A stretch of DNA of 63,271 nucleotides, filler included, from Octopus bimaculoides (lineage: Eukaryota): assembly GCF_001194135.2 (NCBI RefSeq). It is 3 parts of 3 records of this genome, joined end to end, with 100 filler letters (N's around TTAATTAATTAA, not from the genome) between each part and the next. Parts side by side here need not be neighbours in the genome. Positions count along the whole stretch, not along the records: positions 46,548 to 63,271 come from NC_068995.1; 2 more parts are not named here. One strand, 5' to 3'. This document shows, in pieces, positions 49,634 through 63,271 of this stretch (positions are counted from its first letter, which is position 1; every line of letters begins with the position of its first letter). The notes beneath the pieces were generated by a model that made no database searches, had not been told where the DNA came from, and worked only from the letters and a program-made list of their open reading frames with translations. The translations under genes were made by a program, and so were the position numbers.

Positions 49634-50839
49634 TATATATATATATCCAACATACGTGCTTTATCTTTCTCTCCATATTATCCCTCAGTTTTCTCTTCAC
49701 ATTCCGTTCTGTAGTAGGGCGTTGGCTCGAAGCGCCTAAGTCTATTTCATTTTTCCTGAGCCTGAATTTTATAAACCCCGCTTCTTGTTTACTTATGTAT
49801 GTCATTTTTTTGTACAATTTTAAAAATATGTGTGTGTGCGTGTGTATGTATGTGTGTGTGTCCCAGCATGCCCACAGTCATATGGCTTAAACGTGTAAGA
49901 GAATAAAAGAATATATATATGTATATATGTTATGTATTTTAACATATATATTATATGTAAGATAGTATGGGAGAGAGAGAGAGAGAGTGCCTGAGAGAGA
50001 AATAGGGAGGGAGAGTGAGTGAGAGGTAGGGGAGGAGAGATAAATAGATAAATAGATGGATAGATATTGTACTAATTTTTTTTAAATGGCTGTTTAGAAA
50101 TAGACACTTATAGAAATACGTACATACAACACAAAAACTCTTTTGTATCATAAAAAACACTAAAATTTCGAATAAAATCTAAATGTTAAAAAATTCATTG
50201 CCTGAATGCGGCATATTAGCATGCACACATATGACTAGATACGACTATGTACGTGTTAATACCATAAGCATAGAATAATTACTCCTTATAAATTATCAAT
50301 TTCACTTCACATAAATAAAGTCTATTGAGAGGAAGGCAAAATATGTAATCTAACATGTATTTTAGCTCTTAAAATCTTTCGTCCGAGACTGCTATAGCAG
50401 CTACTTATTTCCTTAATTTAATTCTTACTGTGTTTTATTTCATCCCTTCTATTCATTATTATTTATTATATTTTTATTCATTGAATACTTTTTTAATTAT
50501 CTGTACACTTACTATTTATATTTTAACTAAATTGATTTCAGTATCGTTTATCCTGCTCTATCCCAAATTGGCAGATTTCGATCAAATTAGCTTTTCACAT
50601 TATGTTCTGTTATTATATTCCAATCGATTATTTTAACATAAAATTCACGTTCACATTTTTCGCTTATTTTATTTCATTTTCGTCTTCGTTTTGATTTAAA
50701 ATTAGATACTCTTACACAAATTCTTCATATAATGTATATGTCCCACCAAAACAACTCTACTGCTCTGTTTATATCAAATAAAGTATGTAGGCTAAGTGCA
50801 TACGTTTGTGCATCTATATTTTAAACGTATTTACATCTA

Positions 50840-50884
<45 letters not shown>

Positions 50885-51239
50885 NNNNNNNNNNNNNNNN
50901 NNNNNNNNNNNNNNNNNNNNNNNNNNNNNNNNNNNNNNNNNNNNNNNNNNNNNNNNNNNNNNNNNNNNNNNNNNNNNNNNNNNNNNNNNNNNNNNNNNNN
51001 NNNNNNNNNNNNNNNNNNNNNNNNNNNNNNNNNNNNNNNNNNNNNNNNNNNNNNNNNNNNNNNNNNNNNNNNNNNNNNNNNNNNNNNNNNNNNNNNNNNN
51101 NNNNNNNNNNNNNNNNNNNNNNNNNNNNNNNNNNNNNNNNNNNNNNNNNNNNNNNNNNNNNNNNNNNNNNNNNNNNNNNNNNNNNNNNNNNNNNNNNNNN
51201 NNNNNNNNNNNACACGTATATTTCCCTAAATTAGATTAA

Positions 51240-51977
51240 AATATCTTGAAATAATAAAGAGTAAATTCATTCAATAAAATCATAAAATAACCAGTGGCTT
51301 TAACCATTGTCTCCAGACGATTTAGAAATCTCCTGCAATACTTCTGGGCGGTCTCCCTGTTTAAGGTGGGGAACGCTGTCATAATCCTTTCCTTCAGTTT
51401 ATCTTTGGTATTACAAGAAGTTTTCCTGGTCTCTCGCTCAACTGCGACCCACTCATAAAAATGAAAGAATTTTACCAGTCTGAAGAGATAGATGGGAATA
51501 TGTTAGAGGAGATGCGGTCGCAGAAACTGACTGATTGGCTTCGTCTGCTTGTGTGGAATTGTGCACAGTCTTGTTGTTAAACATAGGGTCTTCCAGCAGC
51601 CACCCTCTTGACCCCGAGCAGCACTACCTCCTCCAGGCACTAAAGTCGCCAACACTAGTGATCACTCCACACACCATAATTTTTTCTGGATACTTGATTT
51701 TTATAACTTTATATACGTCCTCAGATTGCACTGTCCTCATATTGACGTCCCAAACACTCTGAAATATCCGTACTGGAGATTCCAGCGGGAACTCCAAGCA
51801 GTACAGCAAGTCGTTTCCAAATTGTTGGCATTGTGAATTGTGTTATGGTGTTGTTTTTCTCACAAACGGTGTCAAAACAACCCTACTATACCGTGTAGTC
51901 GACAAAATCAAAAGCAACGAATGCGCAGGGGCGAAATCGGAAATATAAAATGGTTATAACCTAGCCATCGCACCCTG
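51240..51977 (-). mobile_element. maT/DD37D-like transposon remnant with internal deletions
   Basis: Minus strand: KIKYPEKIMVCGVITSVGD//LEEVVLLGVKRVAAGRPYV*QQDCAQFHTSRR...ERETRKTSCNTKDKLKERIMTAFPTLNRETAQKYCRRFLNRLETMVKATG. One terminus cagggtgcgatggctag with TA at 51978-9; the other TIR is not seen. Confidence 0.85.
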
Positions 51978-52353
51978 TATATATATTCATCTATGAAATA
52001 CAAGCAGCGCTAGTGTAATATATATTACCAACAAGTTATACTTAATGCGCACGGCTTATGCATTTACCAGTAGGCTGCGATATATTTGGTGGAGAATACT
52101 CTTTCGAATGTTGTAACATTTTTAGTTAACGCATTACCGTCGTAAATACTATTTACGTTTATGTGTACTAAACACTTAAGTCTACCACATTGACAATATT
52201 TTAATATGTTAATGCAAACCGAACGAAATAAATATATTTTATATATCACATGCCGTTATATAACTAAGTGAGGTTACATAAAAAAAAAACGAAAGAGAAA
52301 AGAAGTAAGCTGATACATAACACCAAAGTAATCTTAATATCAATTATGTTAGA

Positions 52354-52540
52354 AAGGCGGCGAGCTGGCAAAACCGTTAGCACGCCGATTTGAACATTCT
52401 AAGTTGAAAATTCCGTCGAGGTCGACTTTGCCTTTCAAACTTTTGGGGTTACAAAAAAATAAGTAGCACGTCAGTACTGGTGCCGATGTAAATGACTCAC
52501 ACCTCCCATCGAAATTGCTGGCCTTGTGCCAAAATTTGAA
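52354..52540 (+). mobile_element. Family C SINE
   Basis: aaggcggcgagctggcaaaaccgttagcacgccg...gttgaaaattccgtcgaggtcgactttgcctttca...tactggtgccgatgtaa...gccttgtgccaaaatttgaa. Confidence 0.85.
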
Positions 52541-53646
52541 ATCAGTATCAATTATATAAAAGTAATTGGGAACAGATAAATAGGTATTTTTTTTAACGGA
52601 ATTTTCTAGCTCTTGAGACAGCGTAAGTTCCAATTATATTACAATTTGTTGAAATAAACAAATATATTCTAGGGAGTATGAAGAGAAGTTTTCAGAATAT
52701 TAACGCGAGTCAGATTTGCTTCCTCATAGATAGTTTAATGTGAAATTTTCGCCAAATACCCTTCAGAGTGTGTAGATTACGGGCATATCGGAATTTAATA
52801 TGAGTATAACAGTTCTTGAGACATTACACATATATATTGATGCAAATTACATATTTTACGAACAATTAATTTTAAAGCACATTCCTACAAAATTTCATTA
52901 AAAAGTAATAATTTTTCTGAATGTTATGAGGAATCAAAATCACGTATTATTTTAGGTATGCAATGTAAATATGTATTGTGTTGTCTTGTATTGACACCTC
53001 TCTCTCTCTCTCTCTCTCTCTCTCNNNNNNNNNNNNNNNNNNNNNNNNNNNNNNNNNNNNNNNNNNNNNNNNNNNNNNNNNNNNNNNNNNNNNNNNNNNN
53101 NNNNNNNNNNNNNNNNNNNNNNNNNNNNNNNNNNNNNNNNNNNNNNNNNNNNNNNNNNNNNNNNNNNNNNNNNNNNNNNNNNNNNNNNNNNNNNNNNNNN
53201 NNNNNNNNNNNNNNNNNNNNNNNNNNNNNNNNNNNNNNNNNNNNNNNNNNNNNNNNNNNNNNNNNNNNNNNNNNNNNNNNNNNNNNNNNNNNNNNNNNNN
53301 NNNNNNNNNNNNNNNNNNNNNNNNNNNNNNNNNNNNNNNNNNNNNNNNNNNNNNNNNNNNNNNNNNNNNNNNNNNNNNNNNNNNNNNNNNNNNNNNNNNN
53401 NNNNNNNNNNNNNNNNNNNNNNNNNNNNNNNNNNNNNNNNNNNNNNNNNNNNNNNNNNNNNNNNNNNNNNNNNNNNNNNNNNNNNNNNNNNNNNNNNNNN
53501 NNNNNNNNNNNNNNNNNNNNNNNNNNNNNNNNNNNNNNNNNNNNNNNNNNNNNNNNNNNNNNNNNNNNNNNNNNNNNNNNNNNNNNNNNNNNNNNNNNNN
53601 NNNNNNNNNNNNNNNNNNNNNNNNNNNNNNNNNNNNNNNNNNNNNN

Positions 53647-53721
<75 letters not shown>

Positions 53722-55365
53722 AATAAACATTCGTTTTATCTATGTACTATAGACGGAGATATATGCAATATCTTCTCCAATTACATCAACTTGTGAGCAT
53801 CACCTTCCAAGAAGAGAAAGATATTTCAATTGTGAAAAATGCAGAACGTGAATTTAGCCTTTCCATCTTACTAGAGCATTAAATCAGTAAGGCCATTATG
53901 TGGTTACAAATCAACAATTCCGCATGCACGTCTATGTAAACGGAGAATGTATTTTTTCTTTTATATATAAAGATCAAATCATCAGCTTCATCTGTCAAAG
54001 AATTACGACGAATATACTGTAATACTGGTGTTTTAATGGCAATCATTTTTTGCAATTGGCACATTATCTCCAGTTTCTTTTATAGAGAAGTTAATGCAAG
54101 AGTTAGCACTTCGACGATCATATATATTATTGATATGTGTGAAGTTAAGTGCATCAACTCCTCGAGTAGTATTACGTGCAGATTTCATTTTGTCAGAAAA
54201 TATCTTCTGGCGTTTTGCGTTAAACTATAAGCATTGCCATGTCGTGTAATTTCTGACATTTTAGATATAACTGCATTTGCCAATATTTCACTCGATTGAT
54301 ACACAGACACAACTACATTTTCATTCAGGATATATTCATACATATAGGAATATAGCCTCTGTGTATGTTGTAATTACGTGAATTTACCCCAGCAATATGC
54401 TATATCACATCATCGAAAATGATTAATGATATTTTTTTTATAATTGGATTCGAAACAACCGTATATATATATTATATGCATGCATAAAGAGATATATAAC
54501 GAGGCAACAGGACGTTTTATATATGTATATATATANNNNNNNNNNNNNNNNNNNNNNNNNNNNNNNNNNNNNNNNNNNNNNNNNNNNNNNNNNNNNNNNN
54601 NNNNNNNNNNNNNNNNNNNNNNNNNNNNNNNNNNNNNNNNNNNNNNNNNNNNNNNNNNNNNNNNNNNNNNNNNNNNNNNNNNNNNNNNNNNNNNNNNNNN
54701 NNNNNNNNNNNNNNNNNNNNNNNNNNNNNNNNNNNNNNNNNNNNNNNNNNNNNNNNNNNNNNNNNNNNNNNNNNNNNNNNNNNNNNNNNNNNNNNNNNNN
54801 NNNNNNNNNNNNNNNNNNNNNNNNNNNNNNNNNNNNNNNNNNNNNNNNNNNNNNNNNNNNNNNNNNNNNNNNNNNNNNNNNNNNNNNNNNNNNNNNNNNN
54901 NNNNNNNNNNNNNNNNNNNNNNNNNNNNNNNNNNNNNNNNNNNNNNNNNNNNNNNNNNNNNNNNNNNNNNNNNNNNNNNNNNNNNNNNNNNNNNNNNNNN
55001 NNNNNNNNNNNNNNNNNNNNNNNNNNNNNNNNNNNNNNNNNNNNNNNNNNNNNNNNNNNNNNNNNNNNNNNNNNNNNNNNNNNNNNNNNNNNNNNNNNNN
55101 NNNNNNNNNNNNNNNNNNNNNNNNNNNNNNNNNNNNNNNNNNNNNNNNNNNNNNNNNNNNNNNNNNNNNNNNNNNNNNNNNNNNNNNNNNNNNNNNNNNN
55201 NNNNNNNNNNNNNNNNNNNNNNNNNNNNNNNNNNNNNNNNNNNNNNNNNNNNNNNNNNNNNNNNNNNNNNNNNNNNNNNNNNNNNNNNNNNNNNNNNNNN
55301 NNNNNNNNNNNNNNNNNNNNNNNNNNNNNNNNNNNNNNNNNNNNNNNNNNNNNNNNNNNNNNNNN

Positions 55366-55400
<35 letters not shown>

Positions 55401-55946
55401 AGAGAGAGAGAGAGAGAGATAGAGAGAGAGAGAGACATACAGACAGATAGACAGACAGACAGAAAGAGAGAGAAATAGATAGAGAGAGTGAGAAGTCCAG
55501 GATTCAAGTGAATCAGGTCATTCAATAGTGAAGCACCACATTCGGGTCTGCGAAACTGTTATCGCATACAAAATAGTTTAGAAGACCAAATAGGCACATG
55601 CGAAAGTAAAACCAGATTTATATTCCAGTCGCATGCACGACCAGAAAAGTTCGACTGACTATACCACGAGCGTCGAGATTGTATCTAGGCACACACATTG
55701 CGCCACTTATACTGCTTTCAGTAAACTCAAGATCCACGCTAATTGCAGGTGCCGAGTAAGGTGAATTTTAAAGAAATAGCGAAAGATGGATTGTGGTTCT
55801 CTCACTATTCATCAAACAAAAAATCTCGTGTTTCAATAAGAGAACCACTATTTATTAGTTGCAATATATATATATATCTCTGACTATCTCTCTCTCTCCC
55901 CCTCTCTCTCCCTCTCTCTCTCCCTCTCTCTTTCTGTGTATATATA

Positions 55947-55979
<33 letters not shown>

Positions 55980-56512
55980 TNNNNNNNNNNNNNNNNNNNN
56001 NNNNNNNNNNNNNNNNNNNNNNNNNNNNNNNNNNNNNNNNNNNNNNNNNNNNNNNNNNNNNNNNNNNNNNNNNNNNNNNNNNNNNNNNNNNNNNNNNNNN
56101 NNNNNNNNNNNNNNNNNNNNNNNNNNNNNNNNATATAGACACACATTGTTGGGTGTCTAGAGAGTAATAACACACCAATGGGGATAACTCGATCATGTTC
56201 AATTCTATTTTTGAAACTTTAGACTATTGGTCAAATATCTAACCAACCAACGCACCAATCGTGTATTTAATGTGTTGGTTAAACAATTAATCGCTTGATG
56301 ATTTGTTAATCAAACTTTATCGTGGCTGTTCGTAATATTTTCAATGAACTGATGACTGCCCTTCTCGTTCCAATGTCTGTTTCTGCTTTTATCTTAGAAT
56401 TGGCCTTACGCCTCCGTGTATGCACGCATGTATGTGCGAGTGTAGAGTTTGTTGCCATAATAATATTATTAATTATAATAGCAGAAACATTAATGTTATA
56501 TTTAATTGAAAT

Positions 56513-57568
56513 TCAATCAACAATGTACTTTCCATGGTTATCTATGACTTCCTTTCGTCTATTTACAAGCTTTTTAATCCCATCAATGAAAAACTATTTT
56601 GGTTTCAAAGCGAAGAACTCTAAAATGTCAGTTTCAACCTCCTCTTGGCTTGTGAAAGTTATAGCCCCCAAATGATTCTGTAAACTCCGAAACAAATGGT
56701 AGTCTGAAGGATCAAGGTCGGGAGAATAAGGTGAATGAGGAATGTTTTCCCAACCAAGCTCTTCGATCTTCTGTGATGCGATCTTGCAGTGTGTGGTCGT
56801 GCATTGTCCGGATGAAACATCACTCCGTTTCGATTCAATAAAGCGGGTCTTCTGTTTTCTTCAAAACTTGGTTCAAACGCTCTAGTTGCTGACAGTAGAC
56901 TTGAGTATTGATTGTTGCCTTAGGTGGTAACAATTCAAAGTAAATTACTTCTTTGCAATCCCGTCAGATAAAGAGAAGAAGCATTTTTCCCATGAAGTTC
57001 CATTCTCACTTGTGGTTGAGCTTTATCTCTTTTAACAAGCCATAGTTTACGACGTTTAACATTTCGATAGAAGATCCATTTTTTGTCACCAGTCACAAGT
57101 CTATCCAAAAAGGGTGAAATGATTTCATGAGAATGGAGAGAAGAGCAAATGTCAACTCGGGATTTGCCGTTACTTTCGGACAATACATGAGGGAAACATT
57201 TTCCAAATTAGTAACATTTCCAAGTTGTTGGAGATGATGATGAAGAGTTGTATGGTTTGAAGTAAGCCTTAGTAGCACTTCTCAAGTAATGCCTCAAGGA
57301 GCTTATCATCAAACTCAACTGGACATCATGTCCGATCTTCATCTTCAAGGCTGAAATCTCCATTTGTGAATTTTGCAAACCATCTTCTGCAAGTACTTTC
57401 TTTCAAGCATTCTTTCCCATAAACTGATTTAAGCACAAAAACGATTCGGATAACTGTATGTCGTTTTCTGTAGAGATACACGACATTATAGAAGCGAAAA
57501 AATATATACATATGGATAAATTCCTGCGTACAAATACGAATATATACATGCATTTCTGCCATATACAT
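56513..57568 (-). pseudogene. Mariner transposase pseudogene (DD34D type)
   Basis: VYGKECLKESTCRRWFAKFTNGDFSLEDEDR; FLDRLVTGDKKWIFYRN; GVMFHPDNARPHTA; PHSPYSPDLDPSDYHLFRSLQNHL; ...NHGKYIVD*. Frameshifted; TIRs not identified. Confidence 0.92.
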
Positions 57569-57739
57569 TGTATCTAACCACGTATCTCAGCCATGTGACT
57601 AATGACAGAAAACATGCGGGAGTGATATAGAACGGTAGCAAAATGTATTGACTAGAGAACTCATAATTATATATTCTTATAAAATAGGTGCGTGTATGTA
57701 TGTATGAATGCATGTTTGTATATATCTATATCTATATCC

Positions 57740-57788
<49 letters not shown>

Positions 57789-58187
57789 TGTGTGTGGGTG
57801 TGTGGAGTTTTATGAGAATTTTTGGAAATGTATGACATAGAAATCAACAACTTTGTTAAAAATGGAGGAGAGAAAATGTTAAATTTGCAAGAATTTTAAT
57901 ACATGTATACGATCGTTTCAAACAGCGATAGTAACATGTAAATTTATAGTAGAACAATTTAAATAATTTGATTAAATTAGATTAATTACATATCACTGTC
58001 CTCCTCAGAGCAAGAAGCGTAAAGACAATAAATATTATTACAGAGGACTTGCTGAAGGAAATAGCAGAGAAGAAATTTGTATATACATATTTATCGTTAT
58101 GAAAATTGAGAGCATCATCATAAAGAATGTCTAGTTGTGTATAAAGTAAAACACACACTCACATACGCATATATATATGATACATAT

Positions 58188-58221
<34 letters not shown>

Positions 58222-59743
58222 ATATNNNNNNNNNNNNNNNNNNNNNNNNNNNNNNNNNNNNNNNNNNNNNNNNNNNNNNNNNNNNNNNNNNNNNNNNNNN
58301 NNNNNNNNNNNNNNNNNNNNNNNNNNNNNNNNNNNNNNNNNNNNNNNNNNNNNNNNNNNNNNNNNNNNNNNNNNNNNNNNNNNNNNNNNNNNNNNNNNNN
58401 NNNNNNNNNNNNNNNNNNNNNNNNNNNNNNNNNNNNNNNNNNNNNNNNNNNNNNNNNNNNNNNNNNNNNNNNNNNNNNNNNNNNNNNNNNNNNNNNNNNN
58501 NNNNNNNNNNNNNNNNNNNNNNNNNNNNNNNNNNNNNNNNNNNNNNNNNNNNNNNNNNNNNNNNNNNNNNNNNNNNNNNNNNNNNNNNNNNNNNNNNNNN
58601 NNNNNNNNNNNNNNNNNNNNNNNNNNNNNNNNNNNNNNNNNNNNNNNNNNNNNNNNNNNNNNNNNNNNNNNNNNNNNNNNNNNNNNNNNNNNNNNNNNNN
58701 NNNNNNNNNNNNNNNNNNNNNNNNNNNNNNNNNNNNNNNNNNNNNNNNNNNNNNNNNNNNNNNNNNNNNNNNNNNNNNNNNNNNNNNNNNNNNNNNNNNN
58801 NNNNNNNNNNNNNNNNNNNNNNNNNNNNNNNNNNNNNNNNNNNNNNNNNNNNNNNNNNNNNNNNNNNNNNNNNNNNNNNNNNNNNNNNNNNNNNNNNNNN
58901 NNNNNNNNNNNNNNNNNNNNNNNNNNNNNNNNNNNNNNNNNNNNNNNNNNNNNNNNNNNNNNNNNNNNNNNNNNNNNNNNNNNNNNNNNNNNNNNNNNNN
59001 NNNNNNNNNNNNNNNNNNNNNNNNNNNNNNNNNNNNNNNNNNNNNNNNNNNNNNNNNNNNNNNNNNNNNNNNNNNNNNNNNNNNNNNNNNNNNNNNNNNN
59101 NNNNNNNNNNNNNNNNNNNTGTGATTTGAACTCAGAATGAATGCGTATATCAGGATGTAAAAACGAATTATTTTGCCTTATACTGTAACCCCACAACTAC
59201 AATATTTACCACTTTATGTTTGTGTATATGATGAGGTATAAGCTTCTCATATATGTATTTTACAACGAAAACGAGGAAAAAATAAGATTTCCAGATAACT
59301 TTTTTCCAGATAATTTTCCAGATAAGTGTATATATGATTAATCTTAAAGCATGATAAGCATTATAACTGTAGTTTTATCCACTAATAGCCAGATTTGTGT
59401 ATTATTCCATATCTAGTATTCTACTGGCTTTTGTTGCATATATATGTGTGTTTGCGTGTGTGTGTGTGTGGTGTGTGTATATGTGTTTGTGTGTTTGTGT
59501 GTATGTGTATTTGTGTGTGTGTGTGTGTTTTCTTAGTTGTAAGAATATGAAAATCAACGTAAGCATTCTCATGATATTTATATAAGAGTGAATCATACCT
59601 AATATGCTCTTTAGTTTTGGCGAAGAAATATGCGATTGTTTCACTGGCTGTATTAAGTGATGCTATTAAGAGCATGTCTAAACATACAAACCCACGCATA
59701 CACACATACATACACACACGCAGAAATAGGCATACATAGAGAG

Positions 59744-59789
<46 letters not shown>

Positions 59790-60031
59790 TGTGTGTGAGA
59801 GAGAGAGAGAAAGTGAGAGAGAAATAGGCACACAAACTCACACTCATATATGAGAGATTATTTGCCTTACATTATTAAATATAATGTCGGATCCTGCATG
59901 TACAGCAGAGGGCACAGAAGATGATTTGCAATTCTAACTATATGCATCTTCAAGCAAACGCACATACGAATATACATGAGTTTTAGTGTGATGCGGTACA
60001 GCATAATGTCGTTCAAGTATGTTCGTGCATG

Positions 60032-60158
60032 GGAATACAAAGAACATATATGGAGTTAGGCTTTACTTAAATCTGAATGTATTTTGTTTGTATATTCCAA
60101 ATAAGAACGTCCAGAATTTTGATTATAGGATAATATGGTTCATAGATTTACGCAGGCA
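60032..60158 (+). repeat. Copy 1 of a diverged direct repeat, about 130 bp
   Basis: ggaatacaaagaacatatatggag.taggcttt...tatattccaaataa.aacgtc.a.a.ttttgattata.gataatat.gtt.ata.atttacg.aggca; copy 2 at 61042-61172. Confidence 0.85.
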
Positions 60159-60254
60159 GATAGACATGCACACAAGATGAAACATATGCACGCACACTGA
60201 CAATCGGACACGCATATGCAGGCACACACACTCGCAAACGCAAACATACGGACA

Positions 60255-60285
<31 letters not shown>

Positions 60286-61041
60286 NNNNNNNNNNNNNNN
60301 NNNNNNNNNNNNNNNNNNNNNNNNNNNNNNNNNNNNNNNNNNNNNNNNNNNNNNNNNNNNNNNNNNNNNNNNNNNNNNNNNNNTATATATACATACATAA
60401 TATACAGTTCCAGCAAATGTGTGAGGCCATATAAATTATATAATATATGTGTAGATTATTTATATAATAGGTAGCTATATTTATACGACTATGTATATTT
60501 GCGTGATTTGCGTGTGTGCGTGCGTGTGTGCATGCGTGTTTGAGTGTGTATGTAATATATGTATGCATCTACTTATATATGCATTTTCTTGAAAATATTA
60601 CTTTGAAATACATTAACATGGATGAGGCAACCTGAAATGCTTCTGGATTTCAATAGAACATTAACATATTAGGATAACAAACAATGTTGTATTATATTTC
60701 TGTCATCGTACAAGTTCAATTCGAATCGTCCTACGTTTTGCATTCATTGATCTCACATGACATCGATCGCTGCAATATACGACAGAAACGAATTAATCAC
60801 TTGTACATATTTTTTAGACTTTATGTATTATTGTCTGTGAAACAAAAACAAAAAAATCGATCTGTAATCAATCAGAATGCTGCGAACGGTGCGAGATCAG
60901 AATCAGTGTCATGCGTCAGTTTATAACGTACGGTTAGAATCACTTTTTACCGCTGGCATTCACGACAGTCGGTTTAATAACGAGGGTACCGTGGCTGATT
61001 ATTCTTTCAAAGTATGTCATTCGAGGCCGTTCGTATATATT

Positions 61042-61172
61042 GGAATACAAAGAACATATATGGAGATAGGCTTTGATAGACTTTGTTTAAATGTGTTTTG
61101 TTCGTATATTCCAAATAACAACGTCTAAGATTTTGATTATAAGATAATATAGTTGATAAATTTACGAAGGCA
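61042..61172 (+). repeat. Copy 2 of the diverged direct repeat
   Basis: See 60032-60158. Confidence 0.85.
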
Positions 61173-61417
61173 CACACACACACACACACAAACACGGACA
61201 CAAACACACACACACGCACACAAACACACAATCATTATTGTATGACGTCAATTTACCGACCTCACCTGCTATATCATCAGTTTGCAGGAAAAACAGAATT
61301 TACACTTTCGCTAATGCAGTTAGTAAATATAGAACCCAATAATATATATGTATATATGTACACACACACACACGAACACACGAACACGCGCGCGCGCACA
61401 CACAGACACACACGAAC

Positions 61418-61460
<43 letters not shown>

Positions 61461-61811
61461 CACACACAGATATATATATTGATAATAATAATGAAGAACA
61501 TGAAGAGTTTTACATCCAAAATGTATATTTGATAGTTATTTGACCTACACGCGCGTTTCTGCTGGTGCTACTGATGACTGCTTCAAATGCAACCTTGCAA
61601 CATTGTTAGTGCAGTTTCATTATACGTATCTATATGTGCGTGTGTGTATGCATGTATGTATGTCTGCTTGTGTGTGCACGTGCGTAAATATGTGTCCGTG
61701 TGTGAGAAAGAGAGAATGTGTCTGTGTATTTGTATGTGTGTGCGTGTGTATATGTACATGTAGGTAGGGAGTTTCGTAAATCACAGAATTCGTCAGACAG
61801 AATTTATAATA

Positions 61812-62612
61812 CGAGGGTTGTTCACTAAAGATTTCCTCTGTCTTTGGCCAGAAAATCCATCATCATTACTCTGTGCTGGTCTCGAAAGTCTGAGCATCAC
61901 TTTTCCTGCTGAGGTTTGGATACAAGCCTACTTTGTAGGTAGTGACTTATCGTGATTCCATCGAGTCGATTGGACTTTAGTCTCAGGATCATAGTGATGG
62001 ACCTATCCGCCATTCTATGTGATAAGTCTGCCGAAAAAGTCCTTCAAGTTTTCTTGGCATATTAACAAATGAGCTTGGGAGCAATTGACTCGTTCCTGCA
62101 TGTGCAACGTTGTGACTACTCGGGGAATCCATCATGCAGAGAAAGTCTACGTATGCAAATGTTCGCGAATTATCTTCACTTCTTGCACTAGTTGCCGAAT
62201 AGTTATGCAGTGATCCTCCAAAATGGTGGCTTGCACTTTATGGATGATGTTGTCATCAATGGTGGAATAAGGTCGTCCAGGAATTGGAGCAATTTCCACC
62301 GATGCCCGACGACTGGTGATGCCAATGCTTGACTATGTCGTATGATGGTGCATATTTACCACAAACGTCAGTCATTTCATCGAAAGTTTCTTTTAGTGTA
62401 CGACGTTTCAAGTATAAGAACCTGATCACTGGTTTGCATTTTACACCTTAGTCCATTTTAACAGCTTAGCTCCCTTCAGCAGCCGTAAAAGACAAACGAA
62501 TACTTGTGGAAAGCTGCAAGTTACAATGTGACATGTAGATACATGCATGATTATACCTGTACAATTTCAGTTTCTTGCAAAATCTGGTAGTGGTACAGGA
62601 GAACCCCGCTCG
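61812..62612 (-). mobile_element. Internally deleted mariner (irritans/Hsmar2-like), 801 bp
   Basis: Ends TA-cgagggttgttc ... gaaccccgctcg-TA. Translation: VIRFLYLK...TFDEMTDVCGKYAPSYDIVKHW...APIPGRP...WIPRVVT...RLIT*NGG*VHHYDPETKVQS...SAGKVML. The C-terminal DDD half is missing. Confidence 0.85.
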
Positions 62613-62949
62613 TACAATGCGTATTTCTAAGTTTGTACATATTCTTATGTATGGAATATATGTGTGGGTTAGTGTATATAGGCGTATGTAACAGTATATA
62701 TGTCTGCATGTATAACTCACTGGGACATTTGTGTTACTCTTGATTAATATCCATATAAGAACGCGTCATCCAAAACTGATATTTGTATTATGAATTTCCT
62801 TTAGGCCACGAATTTCTGATAGGGAATTCCTTACATGACAAGTTAACATGCAAATCTTTGTGATTCCTATTAGCAAATTAAGTATGTATATTGCAGTATA
62901 AATAATGTCAAAAATACCCACTTCCTTGTTTTGTTATGTATGTATATAT

Positions 62950-63065
62950 AAATTAAATAAAATTTGGGATTCTGCGGAGGGTCAAAATAGGTAACACAGA
63001 CAGGACAGTGAAAACAAACAGGAAGGGTTGTTGAGCCTAAAGATGTTGTGGTGCCGAACGCGTTG
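62950..63065. repeat. Interspersed repeat (family G), second copy
   Basis: See 48310-48640. Confidence 0.6.
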
Positions 63066-63170
63066 TTTGAAAGAATAGTTCATGCTCCTTGTACTCGCGC
63101 TTCATACTTTTTTCTTGTACACGTTTCATGACGTCCTGTGCTAACATCTGCATACACACAGACAGACACA

Positions 63171-63271
<101 letters not shown>

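Noticed and set aside
16205-62612. Five of six Tc1/mariner/pogo remnants lie on the minus strand
   Set aside because: The sample is too small to differ convincingly from chance, and no host transcript direction is established.

Overview
AT-rich, gap-ridden eukaryotic genomic DNA, dense in microsatellites. The repeat families resemble those of an octopus-type cephalopod genome (my inference, not a search result). No intact host gene is supported, and nearly all long ORFs in the track are microsatellite or N-gap artefacts. The window is a transposable-element graveyard containing: a Neptune-type Penelope-like element (RT-thumb plus GIY-YIG remnant, inverted pseudo-LTR); an L1/Tx1 LINE fragment interrupted by a hAT MITE with a perfect 8-bp TSD; a pogo/Tigger remnant; a DD37E (TRT-like) Tc1 fragment; three mariner copies; a maT-like copy; a long-TIR MITE; a Helitron/Helentron-type non-autonomous element; and many tRNA-derived SINEs. 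Three signals stand out. (1) Minimal type I hammerhead ribozymes (HHRs) are dispersed through the window, including U3-A8 covariant cores. (2) A tRNA-headed SINE-like unit carries an HHR tail and sits as a head-to-head pair inside one 13-bp TSD-like repeat (8055-8711). (3) A 118-nt 28S rRNA fragment is captured, co-oriented, inside a SINE that is itself inside the Tigger remnant. All family assignments are by eye and from recalled consensus motifs; no searches were run.
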